64,000 nt of DNA from the human T2T-CHM13v2.0 reference genome, Homo sapiens, in assembly GCF_009914755.1 (NCBI RefSeq), contig NC_060932.1. One strand, given 5' to 3'. A model generated the notes under the pieces. That model was not told the DNA's origin. It made no database searches and saw only the letters and a program-made list of their open reading frames with translations. Positions 14,691-28,030 of the stretch are shown one piece after another; positions within the stretch are counted from its first letter, which is position 1, and each line of letters starts with the position of its first letter. The position numbers and the translations under genes were made by a program.

Positions 14691-15639
14691 TTTTTTTAAC
14701 TTGATATATCTTATCCCTGTTGGCCCTTCCTTAGGTAAAGAATAAGCCATTTCTTTAAAGATGCCTAGGACCTTTTTGAAAATGAGACTGATTCTCTTTT
14801 AATAAGAGCTGCAAATTGAGCATACCAAAGCCCTTTTTTACTAAACAACTTGATTTGGGGTTTAGCAATTTGCAAGTGGATTCTAGTTCGGTCTTCACTT
14901 GTTTAATTTCAGCAAGCACCTCTCACCACAGGGCTGTGTGCATGCTATTCCATTTGCTAGGAAAGCCCTTCTGCCCTATGTCTCCCACCCTTTACACAAT
15001 TCCCTACTTAACCCCTCATCCCACCACAGATTTCAGCTCACATGTCCCCAGGAGAACTTCTCTGACCCTTCTTATATCACATTGCCTCTTTTCTTGGCAG
15101 TTATTTGCATTTATAGTAATTCACATATATGATTATTTGATCAAAATCTCATATTCACAGATTGGAAGAGTTGGAGTTTGTTTTTACTAAACATTCTTGG
15201 CCCCACAAGTCACAAGGCATGGCACTGAGAGCCATCTGATAAACATTTAATGAAAGGATTTTGCATAAGTTGAGGGCGTTGATTTCCTCTGCATAAGAGA
15301 GTGATAACTTTTTGCATCACCTATTGGGCAATGGAAGGACTAAACAGCAGTAACGGGAAGAACAGAGAGGTATGAAGAGTGGGTAAAGTGATTAAGACCT
15401 GGGTGCTAAGTGATGATGCCCTTTAAAAGAAACCTGAATTTAGCTCATTAAATTCATGAACACTTGGTATGATAAAAAAAATTGGTTATGGAAACTAAAT
15501 AGGTAGGAAAGTCCAAGACTCTTTTCCATCCACCCACATCAAAAATTTAGCCATAGTCTTGGGGCAAAATTTGACTTCACCAGTGGTAAAAATGGAGATG
15601 GATTTTGGAGCAAGGTCATTTCAGTTAAACTCTAAGGCA

Positions 15640-16650
<1,011 letters not shown>

Positions 16651-17749
16651 TGACAGTTTGGTTTAAATAATATGCAACAAAAGTTGTGGTTTTAAAGAGG
16701 CCGTATCTGAGATAGAGTAAATATTATGTTTAAATTGTGATCCAGAGCTGTAGAGCACATCAAGAACTTATGTTTAAGTGCAATAGAAATGTGGAAGGTA
16801 CTACAATGATTGCCCTAAAGAGAACTGGTTTCCTTTCTTAAGTCAGCATACATTTATTACACCTCTCTAACGTGGTACTTAAGATGGCAGCATCAGTCCT
16901 TTCTTTGCAATGGCCATATTTCTTCAGTGCACCGTGGAATGACAGATGCTATGCAGTATTTCCCAGAATCTCTAGAGTAACGTTTAGTTCAAAGTCTCAT
17001 CCATACTTCATCACTGTAACAGTACTTGAGACTTCTGTTAAAGTTGTTGTAAAGACATTAAACAGGGTTCCTCTTAGTGACACATTTAAGTTATAGATTC
17101 GAAGATGGACATGTTATTCTTTCAGGCGTTGGTAGACATCCTTCTCTATGATGCCTCTATAATGATACCTGAATCATCCAACAAATATTTAGCACTCTGC
17201 TGGGCACCTTAGCTGTTAGTAAATGTTGGCTGCATGGTGGAATTTACAAGTTTTGTTGTGGTATGAATAAGATATGTATATATTGAATTATTGTGAATGT
17301 AGAAATGTTCTGATTTTATACAAGTCAAGGGTTTCTGGATACTACCTAAATCGTGAGTAATAAATAGCTGACTGTCATTAAGAATCTCAACAAGTTGTCT
17401 GACATAATGACATAGAGAGGGGAGAAGGTCAATGTAAACCCAAGTTAATTCATATTAATTAAGATTAAGATTATTAAATGTGCCATGTTCTTAAAAGGAA
17501 CTTTCACAGTCATTGTTTCATTCAATCCTCACAACTCTATGCTATTTCTATTATTTTTTTAATCAATGAAGAATTTAAGTAAGTGAAAACCTTCCTTGAC
17601 CCTCTGAAGTAGAGTTACCATTATCTGTGCTTGCACTGGCATTAGTACCCACTGCATGTACTGTTCCAGTACTTATCCCAGGGCACTGCAGTTGTCATTG
17701 TCATCATAAACATCCCCCTTTTCACCACCACAAGGTGAGCACTTATGAT

Positions 17750-17950
17750 GAGTCATATGCACAATCTCATTTACTTTAATAATCCCAATAGCCCTTTCAG
17801 GTAGATATTTTTATTTTGACATAAACAGATTAAAAGAATTTAGTTTAAGTGACTTTCTCAAGTACACACAGTGAGAACAGGTATAGACAGTTACTGATCT
17901 TAAGTATTCCTGTCTCCAAAGATGTGTTCATACCCATAGGGCTACACTGC
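17750..17950 (-). mobile_element. MIR
   Basis: caatctcatttactttaataatcccaatagccc..gtagatattttt..taagtgactttctcaagtacacacag, a reverse MIR core. Confidence 0.6.
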
Positions 17951-18179
17951 CTTTTGCTGATTTCCTTCTCTGACTGCTTCACTGACCTATAAATTGATTG
18001 AAGTCATAAAGCGTATATCATTCAATTTTAAAACTTTATAAGAGGTTCAATACGTGTCTGTTGAATTACCAGTAACCTGCTTCAAGCTTACTTTTCTCAC
18101 CAGATTTACTATCTAATCTCGAAAAACTCTTGCGCATTATGAGCTTTCAGGAGGATATAACACAAGCTGAGATTTAAAA

Positions 18180-19340
18180 AATGACCTGGAATAAGGGAGA
18201 GAAAAATGCAGGGTCAGCATTTCTAGCAGAGACAATGTGGCATGATACATTCAGAGAACAGCCTCTAAATAGGTTGGTTAGAACAAAGAGAGGGTATGGG
18301 TAAGTGAAGGGAAATATGATCAGAACTGTGAACAAGAGACAGATCATTCACTAGCTAGTATGCTAAGCCAGAAGTCTTAATTTCTTTTCTGAATGTTCAA
18401 GGAAATAAATAAAGGATTTAAGTAGAGTAACACAGTCATGTTTTGCATATTAGAAGATCACTTCTGTATTAATATGAAGAGATCAGAGAACGATGTTGGC
18501 ATGACCTAGGTAAGAAATAAACTACAGAACTGAAACTAAGACAGCGACAATGGGTATGGAAGAGAAAAAGGCAGATATTGAGAAGGTGGATCTGAAGAAT
18601 GCCATGACTTGTTATGTATGAGGAAGAGGGAAGAGTCAAAGATGACTTCTATGTTTCAGGCTTGAGTGAATGGGTGTTTGCTGGAGGACATTCACTGAAA
18701 AAAAAAGTATATAGGAAGAGTGGGTTTCTGGAGCAGAATAATAAATTTTAATATTTGGATACTAGATAAATAGAACTCAGCATAACAGAATGATGCAGAC
18801 TATATAGGTAGCCTACCTTCCTAGAGGCTGGAAAAGGTCACTTAGAGAGAGCATAAAGAATGAAAAGGAGGCCAGGTGCAGTGGCTTACACCTGTAATCC
18901 CAGCAATTTGGGAGGTCAAGGCTGGAGGATCATTTGAGGCCAAGAGTTTCAGACCAGCCTGAGAAACATAGCAAGACCCCAGTATCTACAAAAACTGAAA
19001 GAAATTAGCCAACATGGTGACATGCACTTCTGGTCCTAGCTAGTTGGGTGGCTGAGGTGGGAGGATCTCTTGAGCCCAGGAGTTCAAGGCTAGAGTGAGC
19101 TATAACTGCACCGCTGCACTCCAGGCTAGGCACTCCAGCCTGGGCAGCAGAGCGAATGAAATGAACAGAATAAATGAAATGGTCAGAGGGTCGTGGAACA
19201 CAGCCCTTTGGGAGAAATTGGTAATTCACAGTTAAGTGGAAGAAGAGGTCCTCAGAGAGGGAGTGGTCTAGAAATGACTGAGGGGAAGAAACATCAAAAG
19301 GAAGCATAATGAACAGTGCTGAATGCTGCAAAGGATCAAA
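18180..19340 (-). mobile_element. L2 fragment (antisense) interrupted by an AluJ
   Basis: aagagtcaaagatgacttctatgtttcaggcttgagtgaatggg and ttagaagatcacttctg are typical reverse-L2 sequence. Confidence 0.65.
18870..19155 (+). mobile_element. AluJ
   Basis: J-type diagnostics ggaggatctcttgagcccaggagttcaaggct. Small internal duplication of gcactccag. Tail decayed. Confidence 0.9.
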
Positions 19341-21149
19341 ATTAAAACCAAAACGGCTCCATGACCATTGTTTTATGTCACTGTGGCCTCTAAGAAGATT
19401 GGACGTTTTGGCATGCGGCCTCTTTACTACTGGATCAGCTGAGGTAAAGGTAATTATTTTCTATGGACCTAGATATCCTTAGAGGTATGTAACACACGAA
19501 GCAAATCATGCTCTGTGCCCTTCTCCTTTTCTCCCTTCCCCAAAGGCTCAACTTTTTTATACCAATGGAACCTTGTCAAAATGAACATCAAGATAAATCT
19601 TGGTAGTAGACAGAATTGCAAACAGAAAAATGTATCTTAAAGGATGAGGTTGCAGGGGTGGGATTTTGTTTCATATATACGAGAAAATTAAGTCTGTGTA
19701 TGAGTATACATATATGTGAACATCACGTTTTAGCATCTCCTGACACTTTCCTTCTCATTTGCCTTCCATAAAATTGCATTCCCTCAAAATTGAATGATAG
19801 ATCTGATATATGAAATGTGTCTACCTGCTTGGCTCTCTTCTTTTCTTCCATTTTTTTCTTTACCAATATTTATATGCAGTTGGAAAACACATGTCCATTA
19901 AGAATATAATTAGTCTCAAGAGTTAAATTTTAACAAAACATGAAATGCATGCAGGAGAAGAGACTAATACTCCTAGAACTGCAGTGAGATCTGTTACCCT
20001 CCTTCAAAAAATCCTGCCAGTGAGGATGTCATTCCAGATGACTTATCATTTAATGACAGCTGAACATGAGTAGAAATTTTCACATCTGTTTATAGTGTAT
20101 TTATATATTGTTAACTCCTTAAAAATAATTAGGGAAAATAACAAATTGATTAAGTATACTATATTATCCTTAAACTTTAATTCAAAAGATTTCAGCAGGC
20201 ATAAGAAAATAATAATACAAGTATATGCCACTCCTCATGAAATGTTAAATAACTTGGGCAAGGTCACATAAACATATGTACTCCATGCACATAACTCTAT
20301 AGTGGTAGAGTTAAAATTAAAACCCATAGCCATGGCATTAACCACTACTGTCAGTTCTTACACAAGCTATTTGTGCTCATATCCGTAATGTTAAAAGGCC
20401 CAGTTAAAGAAAGGAATCCACAGGTAAAACACACTTGAAAAGTATAAGAATCACCTCATTATCCAATTCTGCCATCTGCCTGTCGAATTATGTGTGCAGT
20501 ACCTGAAGACAGCAATAGAGCCAAGGGGTACATGCAAGGTGGGAAATATGTAGTAAAAATGTCCACAAGGTACCTGGGTTTACCTCCTTCTGGAATGAGA
20601 TTATTATGTGAGAGAATTGGGGGCAAATGAGACATGGGACTCTGGGAAACCTAAATGCTCAGAGAAGTTGGAAAGAATTAGGAGTCTAAGTACTCTGGAA
20701 GATATTTTTGGTAGTGTTTCGTAATGGATTCAAGTAGTGTGTGTGTCAGTGCATGTGTGTGCATGTTCAAGTATACTTTAGAATGCAGGCTCAAATTAAT
20801 ACCTTATCTTTCTGTTCTTGTTAGAAACATAGATAACCTCACTAGCAGGAGAGAGACTGAACTGACTGGAAGGTATTCCATGAATCTCTAGTTAAGGCCT
20901 GGTAAGAGCTGAAATGAAACAAGAAAACTAGGACCAGAAAAAGAATGGATTTTGATAACATCAGTTGCAGTTGATTAAGCAATTATCATTTGTCTGATGA
21001 AGATGTAAAAATGATAGGAGAAAACTGGAGTGAATGTTAAAACCCAAGTTCCAGGCTTGGTTCTGCATTCAGTAAAAATCTATCTACTTCAAATGTTTAC
21101 TGGAGTCAATAGGATTTCTTGAATAAACTGGACTTTCTTATTAGTACAC

Positions 21150-21320
21150 TTGGATCTAACAACAAACTCCGATACCTTTGGTAAGCTGCTGTTTCTTACT
21201 GGGCTTTAGTCTCCTCATCACTAAAATAGGGTTAAGAATAGTACATACTCTACTGTTGAATAGTGGATTGAAGCTACATTGAAATTAATAAATGTTAACT
21301 ACATTACTATCACCATAATG
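21150..21320 (+). mobile_element. MIR
   Basis: ctgggctttagtctcctcatcactaaaatagggttaagaatagtacatactc, a MIR core. Confidence 0.65.
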
Positions 21321-21559
21321 CCTGTTATTATTACCATCTTTAACACCCATCAAATCTCATCATCAGAGATTTCTGTCATAAGTTAAAATTTAGGACAAGT
21401 CAGAAAAATTCTTCTCTCAAATTAAAAAGTTTTAAATTGATACTATTTATATGTTCCCCAAACTAGAAATATGAACACATTTTTCAATTCCTTTTTCATT
21501 CATTTCCACATATAGAGGTCATTCTTACTGAAATCTATCTTCCAAATGACTCTTGAATC

Positions 21560-22060
21560 TTCCTATACTATTTTATCTAGACTCCGGATATTAGATGATG
21601 AATATTCCCAGTCTTTTAAAAGCAAATAACAAAAACCTCACCCTTGATCTTCCAGCTGCCACACCATGTATCTGCTCCTCTTTACAATAAATGTCCTAAA
21701 AATGTCATTTATAATCACCAATTCTATCACCACCTTCTAGTTTCTCTTGAACAAATGACTCTCATGTACTTTTCTACATTCCACTGAAATAGTTCTTATT
21801 ATCACGGTCACCGTAATCTCCCTGATGCTACGTCTAATGGCCAATATTCAGTTCTAACCCTGACATACAGAAGGTATTCAATAACTTGTAGTTCAATGAA
21901 TAACTTTTGTCATATGCTATTATAATTTCTGTGCTTACAAACTTGATCCTCCACTAGACCACGTGCATCCAGAGGGTAGAGACTATGACTTATTTCAAAT
22001 TTAAGCAGCCCAGTGCCTGGCACAAGTATACACTCAATAAATGTTGCCTGAAAAAAATGG
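21560..22060 (+). mobile_element. L2 fragments
   Basis: ccactgaaatagttcttattatcacggtcaccgtaatctcc..ctaatggccaatattcagttct and the terminal cagtgcctggcacaagtatacactcaataaatgttg. Confidence 0.65.
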
Positions 22061-23084
22061 TTTTTTTTATAATAAAGTTTCATTTCATTCATACATTAAA
22101 GTATCACATTATTCTACATACACTTGCTGTCAAATGTGCTTCCTCTCCTTTTCCAAATCTCCTCATTAAGATACTTGAAATGAATCACAGGCCTTCAGGG
22201 ATCATCAACACTCTTTCAAATGACACCTCAAATAGCTTAGGTTCCCCTGGCAGTCAGTCTATGGCAATTTCACACATGCCCCACTCATGGTGTGTACTTC
22301 TTATCAGATTCACAAACTACCCTGATCATATTCAGATTATACTTAACTGCTCTTCTTGCTACACTGCCTTTTCTATTCTGGCTCAACTGCCAAGTAGCTG
22401 AAAAAGAGTATATGAAGTTGAGAACAGGGGAAACCAGGGAGCTGTCTTCTATCCTGCAGTGTCGAAATTTTACATCTATAAATTATCTATGTCATTTTCC
22501 AAGCTGAGCTAAAGAAAAACAAGCAATCAAACGACAACAGCAAAACCAGTTATATCTGTGTTGGAACCTATCATCAGTGCTCCCTGTCTCCACTTATCTC
22601 TCATGATTGGGAAAAATGGAAGAAGGCAATAGCCTTCTGGAATATCACGAGTAAAATAGAATCCAAGAGCCTGACTAGGAATATAAAACACGAAAGACAT
22701 GAGGAGCACAAACTGGAATTGGGCAAGGTAAGAAAGAGCATTTAAAAGCCAGTACTTGACAGATTCCTACTTCTTTTCTATAAACGATAGCTTTCTTTGA
22801 AATTAAGGTTTATGGTCATGATGGGAAACCTTTGATTTAAAACCAAGTGGATTAAAAAAAAACACCTCTAACCATAATTAAGGAGTCAAGCATATCCAGA
22901 GAATCTTTTCTTTTATAATACTGTCATTTTCTGCAGTAAGTCCATATTTACAGTCACTCTACAGTATTTCAGCATTTAATCTCATTTTAAATTACTAACA
23001 AAGACATTTTGGGCAATAGCAAGCTAGCACATTGCCATAGCAAAATAGTAGTTAAATATAAATACTAAAAACACATGAAGAACA

Positions 23085-23545
23085 CAACCATTCTCCTTCC
23101 TGGCAGAGCTGGTACCCAGGATAGAGGCTGAAAGGCAAGACAGTCACTTTCTCAGCATCCTGGGTCTAGGGCCTGGGTATATGACTCACTTTGGCCCAAT
23201 GGACCTTCAGGGAAGTTCACTAGGTAAGGGGGCTGGAGGCTGGAGTACAGAGCTCTGAGAGAGGTTTACCTCCATACTTTTGGACATGACTATGCATTTA
23301 AGGATGCCTGTCTGGAAGTTGCTGCAGCCACCTGGACCACCATGAATGGCAACATCACTGTCACATTGAGGATAACAAACCTGAACCATGGGCAGAGCCT
23401 CAGTCCTCACTGACTTCATGTAGCAACTAAGCCACCCCACAGCCCACTTCTTAATATGTGGAGAATAACGCATCCTTACAGTTTAAGTCCCTTTAAATTT
23501 GGATATTTTGTTAAATGACCAGCCAAGAGTAGACTCGCTAATAAT
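23085..23545 (+). mobile_element. MLT1-type (ERVL-MaLR) solo LTR, old subfamily
   Basis: gatgcctgtctggaagttgctgcagccacc and the terminal ccttacagtttaagtcc..tggatattttgttaaatgaccagccaa..ctaata. Confidence 0.6.
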
Positions 23546-26500
23546 TGAACTATGCACTAAAGCCAAATTTCCAACTGTCAAATTCTAATATGTAAGCACT
23601 CTTTTATCTAATCATTCATTTAATACATTCATTTTTATTTCAGGATAAACAATGATTTATACCTATTTTAGATCAAAGATTGTATGTGTTTAAAGTACTT
23701 ATAGATATAAAACTAAGTAATAGAAGGTGTGATAAATAATTTTACCATGGTGCCTGTTAGGATATAACTATTGGAATAGATTAAGGTTTCCCAAAGTGTT
23801 TCTTAGAGCACTAATTCCTAAAGATGCTCCCAAAGAAAGCTGGCTTCATGGCCATGTAAGTTTAGGAAATGTTACTTATTATAATCTGTCGTAAAGTTTC
23901 TATTCCATAGCAACATTAAGGAAACTGAGAAGCCCTGAAGCTAAAAACAAATGAACGAACTTTATTTATCACATAATTTTCCCCAATTTTTCAGGAAACA
24001 CCTATTAACATCCCCATAACATGGCTGATGGAATGTATTTAGATGATTATCAAAGTCCCTCTTAGCTCCAAAGTTCTACAATTAAAGGCAGTTTCTACCT
24101 GTGTCAGCAGTTCTCTCACATACCATTGTTAGTAGAATACAATGTGCATGGATACACCTCTGCTCTATGAGAAAGTTTTTGAGAGAAGATTTTAGATAAG
24201 TAGACGCCCATAATGTTTGCTCCCAAAACATACACGTACACACACGCACAGACACATTTTACCCAGGATAATGGCCTCCTAAAGCTCTCATTATATTTGT
24301 AAATAAGGTGATAGCAAATCATAGATGAATTGGGCTCCAGCAGTGAGTAAACTATTTCATAAAGGACTATCTAACACTTTCAGTCATCCAGGTTCTTTCC
24401 CCACACAATAGTTTGGCAAATGGTACCAATCAATATTTTTAACTCTACATTCTAGTTGTAGATGTGAAACTTAGCCATGCTAATATAATTTTGACAATAA
24501 ATACATTGATTACATTCAAATAGTGTTGGGGAAGTAGAAGAGAGTAGTAATTAATTGCATGGACATTAGAGTCAGAAAGACCTGGGAACCAATATTAATT
24601 ATACAATATAGGGCATGTGACATAACCATTCCAAGCACCAGATGTGTATTCATAAAATGGACATCATTAAGTCTTCCATAAATATAGCTATAAGAATTAT
24701 ATGTGACACCTAAGGAAAAGCACATCCCATAGTGTGTGCCTGACACTTGACAAACATTCAATAAATATTGCTTTTTGCAATTATGATTATTACTTATACT
24801 GCTTTAAAAAATATTGATGGAGGTCTGCTGAATGTTTAATTAGTTCCTTAAGGATAGGAGTCATATTTATTATTTCTGTATGTCACAAAACACAGAAAAG
24901 CACCAGCAGCCTCATAGGTACTGATAGAGAATTGATTCATAAAAAGAAATTCATAAGAAATTGATCTGGGTTAAAACTGAACCACCAGACGTCAATGAAG
25001 GAACACCTAGTGAAACTCCTAATCATTCAGCTAATTACAGGAAAAGTGTGGTGATGGAGTTGTTGCTTTATGTTCATATTTAATGTACTGTCTAGTTCAC
25101 TCCTGCATATACCAGAAAAGCTTAGTGCTTGTATTCCATGGTAATTTTCGAAAGAAAGCTGGAGGAAATCTCTCAAAAACCTTAGTTCCAGGGGTTCTAA
25201 TAATGACAGTTCCAGCTCATCCCTTTCATAGTATATGTCAGTGTAGTTCTTCTCTAAATGCCCAAGAAAAATTTTATGTTGACTATAGAAAATAATGATT
25301 CCTGGCTAAATCAAACACTTACAAAGCCATCAGCTGTTTTATTCAAAGTATCAAGTAGGTCTTTAATTAATGTGTTATATCACATGGCAACAAACCAGTA
25401 AACACCAATTAAGAAATACTTTCTGTATGACTTGGAAGATTTTTTTACTTGTCTCTGAGAACCTTTGGGATTCCCTCAAGGCACCATGGTTCTCATATCC
25501 ACCTCATCTTCCTCCTTTCTTGGCTTATGCCTTTACAGCAGCAAAATGTACAAAAATGTCCCAGCTTCACTGACAAATGTATTAAGACAGCGAGAGAACC
25601 AAGACTATTCAAATTTAGTAGAATCAAAACTGTTAACAAGACCGAGATCCTCTGTTGCAGGTATAATAAAACAGGTAGTAGCCATGACCCTCTCTTGAAC
25701 CTCTGCCCCAACCCACCACTGGAAATATGTTTGCTGGTTAATTTGTTAGTATTGTCCTCAAACAAAGAGCCCCTTTTTTATTGGCAGGTGCAGACAAAGC
25801 TGGGAAAAGCCACACAAAAAGGACTCAATAAAGAAAGAGAGATGGCCTTGCTGAGAAGGTAGTTCTTTCTGATTTTGTGTAATAGACTTCACTTTGCCAT
25901 GAAATTAAATTTATAGTATATCTGCTAGACAGTGGGACTCCAGCAAAGCTTCACTATTCCCTGCCTTGACATTAAAGCAGGCATTTTCATGAGGAGGTCA
26001 TTTCAAGCCAAATAACTGGTTATGTGAGCCGTTTACAGAAAGCCTTTATTTAAAAAGAAAATGGATAGGCGCTGCCATTTCCAGAAACTGTTAGTGTACA
26101 GGCAAACATTCAAATTTTGTTGTCCTTGGAGAATACGCCTAAAAAGACAGATGTAACAGTAGACAATGGGAAGCATTTTGGCCTACCACAACACCTTCGT
26201 GTTTATTATTCTGACTCATAATCTAGCTTTTATCAGGTGGCAGGCTGCAAATAGGACAGCAAAATCGTATTTCAATAGCAAGTTATCCCATCATTATAAA
26301 AATCCAGGCTGTGATTTCAGCTCTGGAGTGGATACTGCACCAGGTGGTGCAGAGTGCTGAGCATAATCTATGAAGGGATCTCCATGAAGAAACCACTTAA
26401 TCCTGAGCTTGAGAACTACCAGCCTGCATACACAGTCCTCCTTTGGTCAAGAGGGCTGATATTGACCTACTGTATTTCGGGCTTTAACTGTGGCTTTAAT

Positions 26501-27088
26501 TTCCATTTATGCAACTAATTTAAAATAAAAGGAATAGAAGGATTAAAAAGTCAAACAATTCCAGGGAAAAATTTTGGAAGGTTAGGTTTGGGCAAAGTGG
26601 AGGAAAATGCCTATTGCAGATTTCAAACTATGTATCAGAGAAAAGTCTAGATCTTATTAAAGTGTTAAAAGGACAACATTAGAAAGCTAAGTCATCCTGC
26701 AATATATAAGGAGAGTAAGAAGAAAATAGTATATTAAAGATTATTAATAAAACTGTTCAAAAGGCAGATGATTTCTGACTGCCATGGCTCTTGGAGATTA
26801 CCTAATTCAACTTCCTGTTAATAAGTGACAAAGATAAGACTATACTGAGTGACTTGTCCAGTGACAAGCCTATACTGAAAACCAAGTCCGCAGATCCCCA
26901 GTTCAATCATCCTTCCACCAAGATATGCAACTTCTGAAACAGATCTAGGAATAATAGCACTCAAACTCAAGCCTTCTAAAGGCCTGGAACTTTAATCAAG
27001 CTAATTCCTGATATTGTTTGTTACACAATATTTTTTTGCTCTGAAGCTTAAGTTCCCCAAGCACCACACTCCTCACATTGATTTACAT

Positions 27089-27305
27089 CAGGAGTGTCCA
27101 ATCTTTTGGCTTCCGTGGGTCACACTGGAAGATGAAGAATTGTCTTGGGCCACACATAAAACACACTAACTATAGCTGATGAACTAAAAAAAAACTGCAA
27201 AAAAATCTTATAGTATTTTAAGACTGTTTACGAATTTGTGTTGGGCTGCATTCAAAGCCATCCTGAGCTGCATGTGGCCCACAGGCTGAGGGTTGGACAA
27301 ACTAG
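27089..27305 (+). mobile_element. MER30 (hAT-Charlie non-autonomous DNA transposon), complete
   Basis: caggagtgtccaatcttttggcttcc...gggttggacaaactag with terminal inverted repeats. Perfect 8-bp TSD ATTTACAT at 27081-27088 and 27306-27313, the length expected for hAT elements. Confidence 0.9.
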
Positions 27306-27879
27306 ATTTACATACTCTACAGCACATGATAATGCAAGAAAACCACAACAATATCTTAGAACATAAACGGCCTCACGGCACTGAAGCCATGATTAACATA
27401 ATTCTCTAGACAAGACGTGAGTGAAGAGAAAACAAATGAAAGTCAGCTACGGCAAACTGTTTCTGTAAGATTAACCAAGATGGGTTCCCTAAAACAGGAA
27501 GAAACCCTTTAAAGATCATAGACACACAGCTTGCAGCCTTGGGCATAATAACTGTGGTGGATGGGGAACAGGCCAACTCATGTAGCATGCAGAGGTAATA
27601 AATGGATCTGCTCTCCTGAGACGAAGTTTTGGGCCAAACTTTGACAGAGACACATGGAATGTGGGAGCTGGAAGGTACCTGAGTGTGGGTTAGGTTTATT
27701 ACCTCATTTTACATGTGAGAACACCAAGGCCTCAAGAGGTTGCACGGCTTCCTTCATTTCATAGTTTATTGTGCTGATGCTTCCCTTATTATAGAGCAAG
27801 TCCAGCACCCTTTCTTTAAATAAGAAACATAATTAATCAAAGGAAAATTTTTATTATAACTATTTGATGTGGAAAAGAA

Positions 27880-28030
27880 TATTTAGCTCTGAAGAGCTGA
27901 CTTGTGTTTATGTTCTATGAGTTATGAGCTGTATATATTTGAACCTCAGTTTGTTCTTCTCTAAAATGGGGATAATTTTTTTCATAAGTTTTAAGGATTA
28001 GATGATATTTGAAAGTGTTTTGAAACTATA
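27880..28030 (+). mobile_element. MIR
   Basis: gaacctcagtttgttcttctctaaaatggggataat..aaggattagatgatatttgaaagtgttttgaaactataaag. Confidence 0.6.

Noticed and set aside
16860-17100. Complex-looking unique segment with a 74-aa ORF and a possible minus-strand acceptor
   Set aside because: All three minus frames close after the acceptor, and the plus ORF has a non-ATG start and no recognisable homology.
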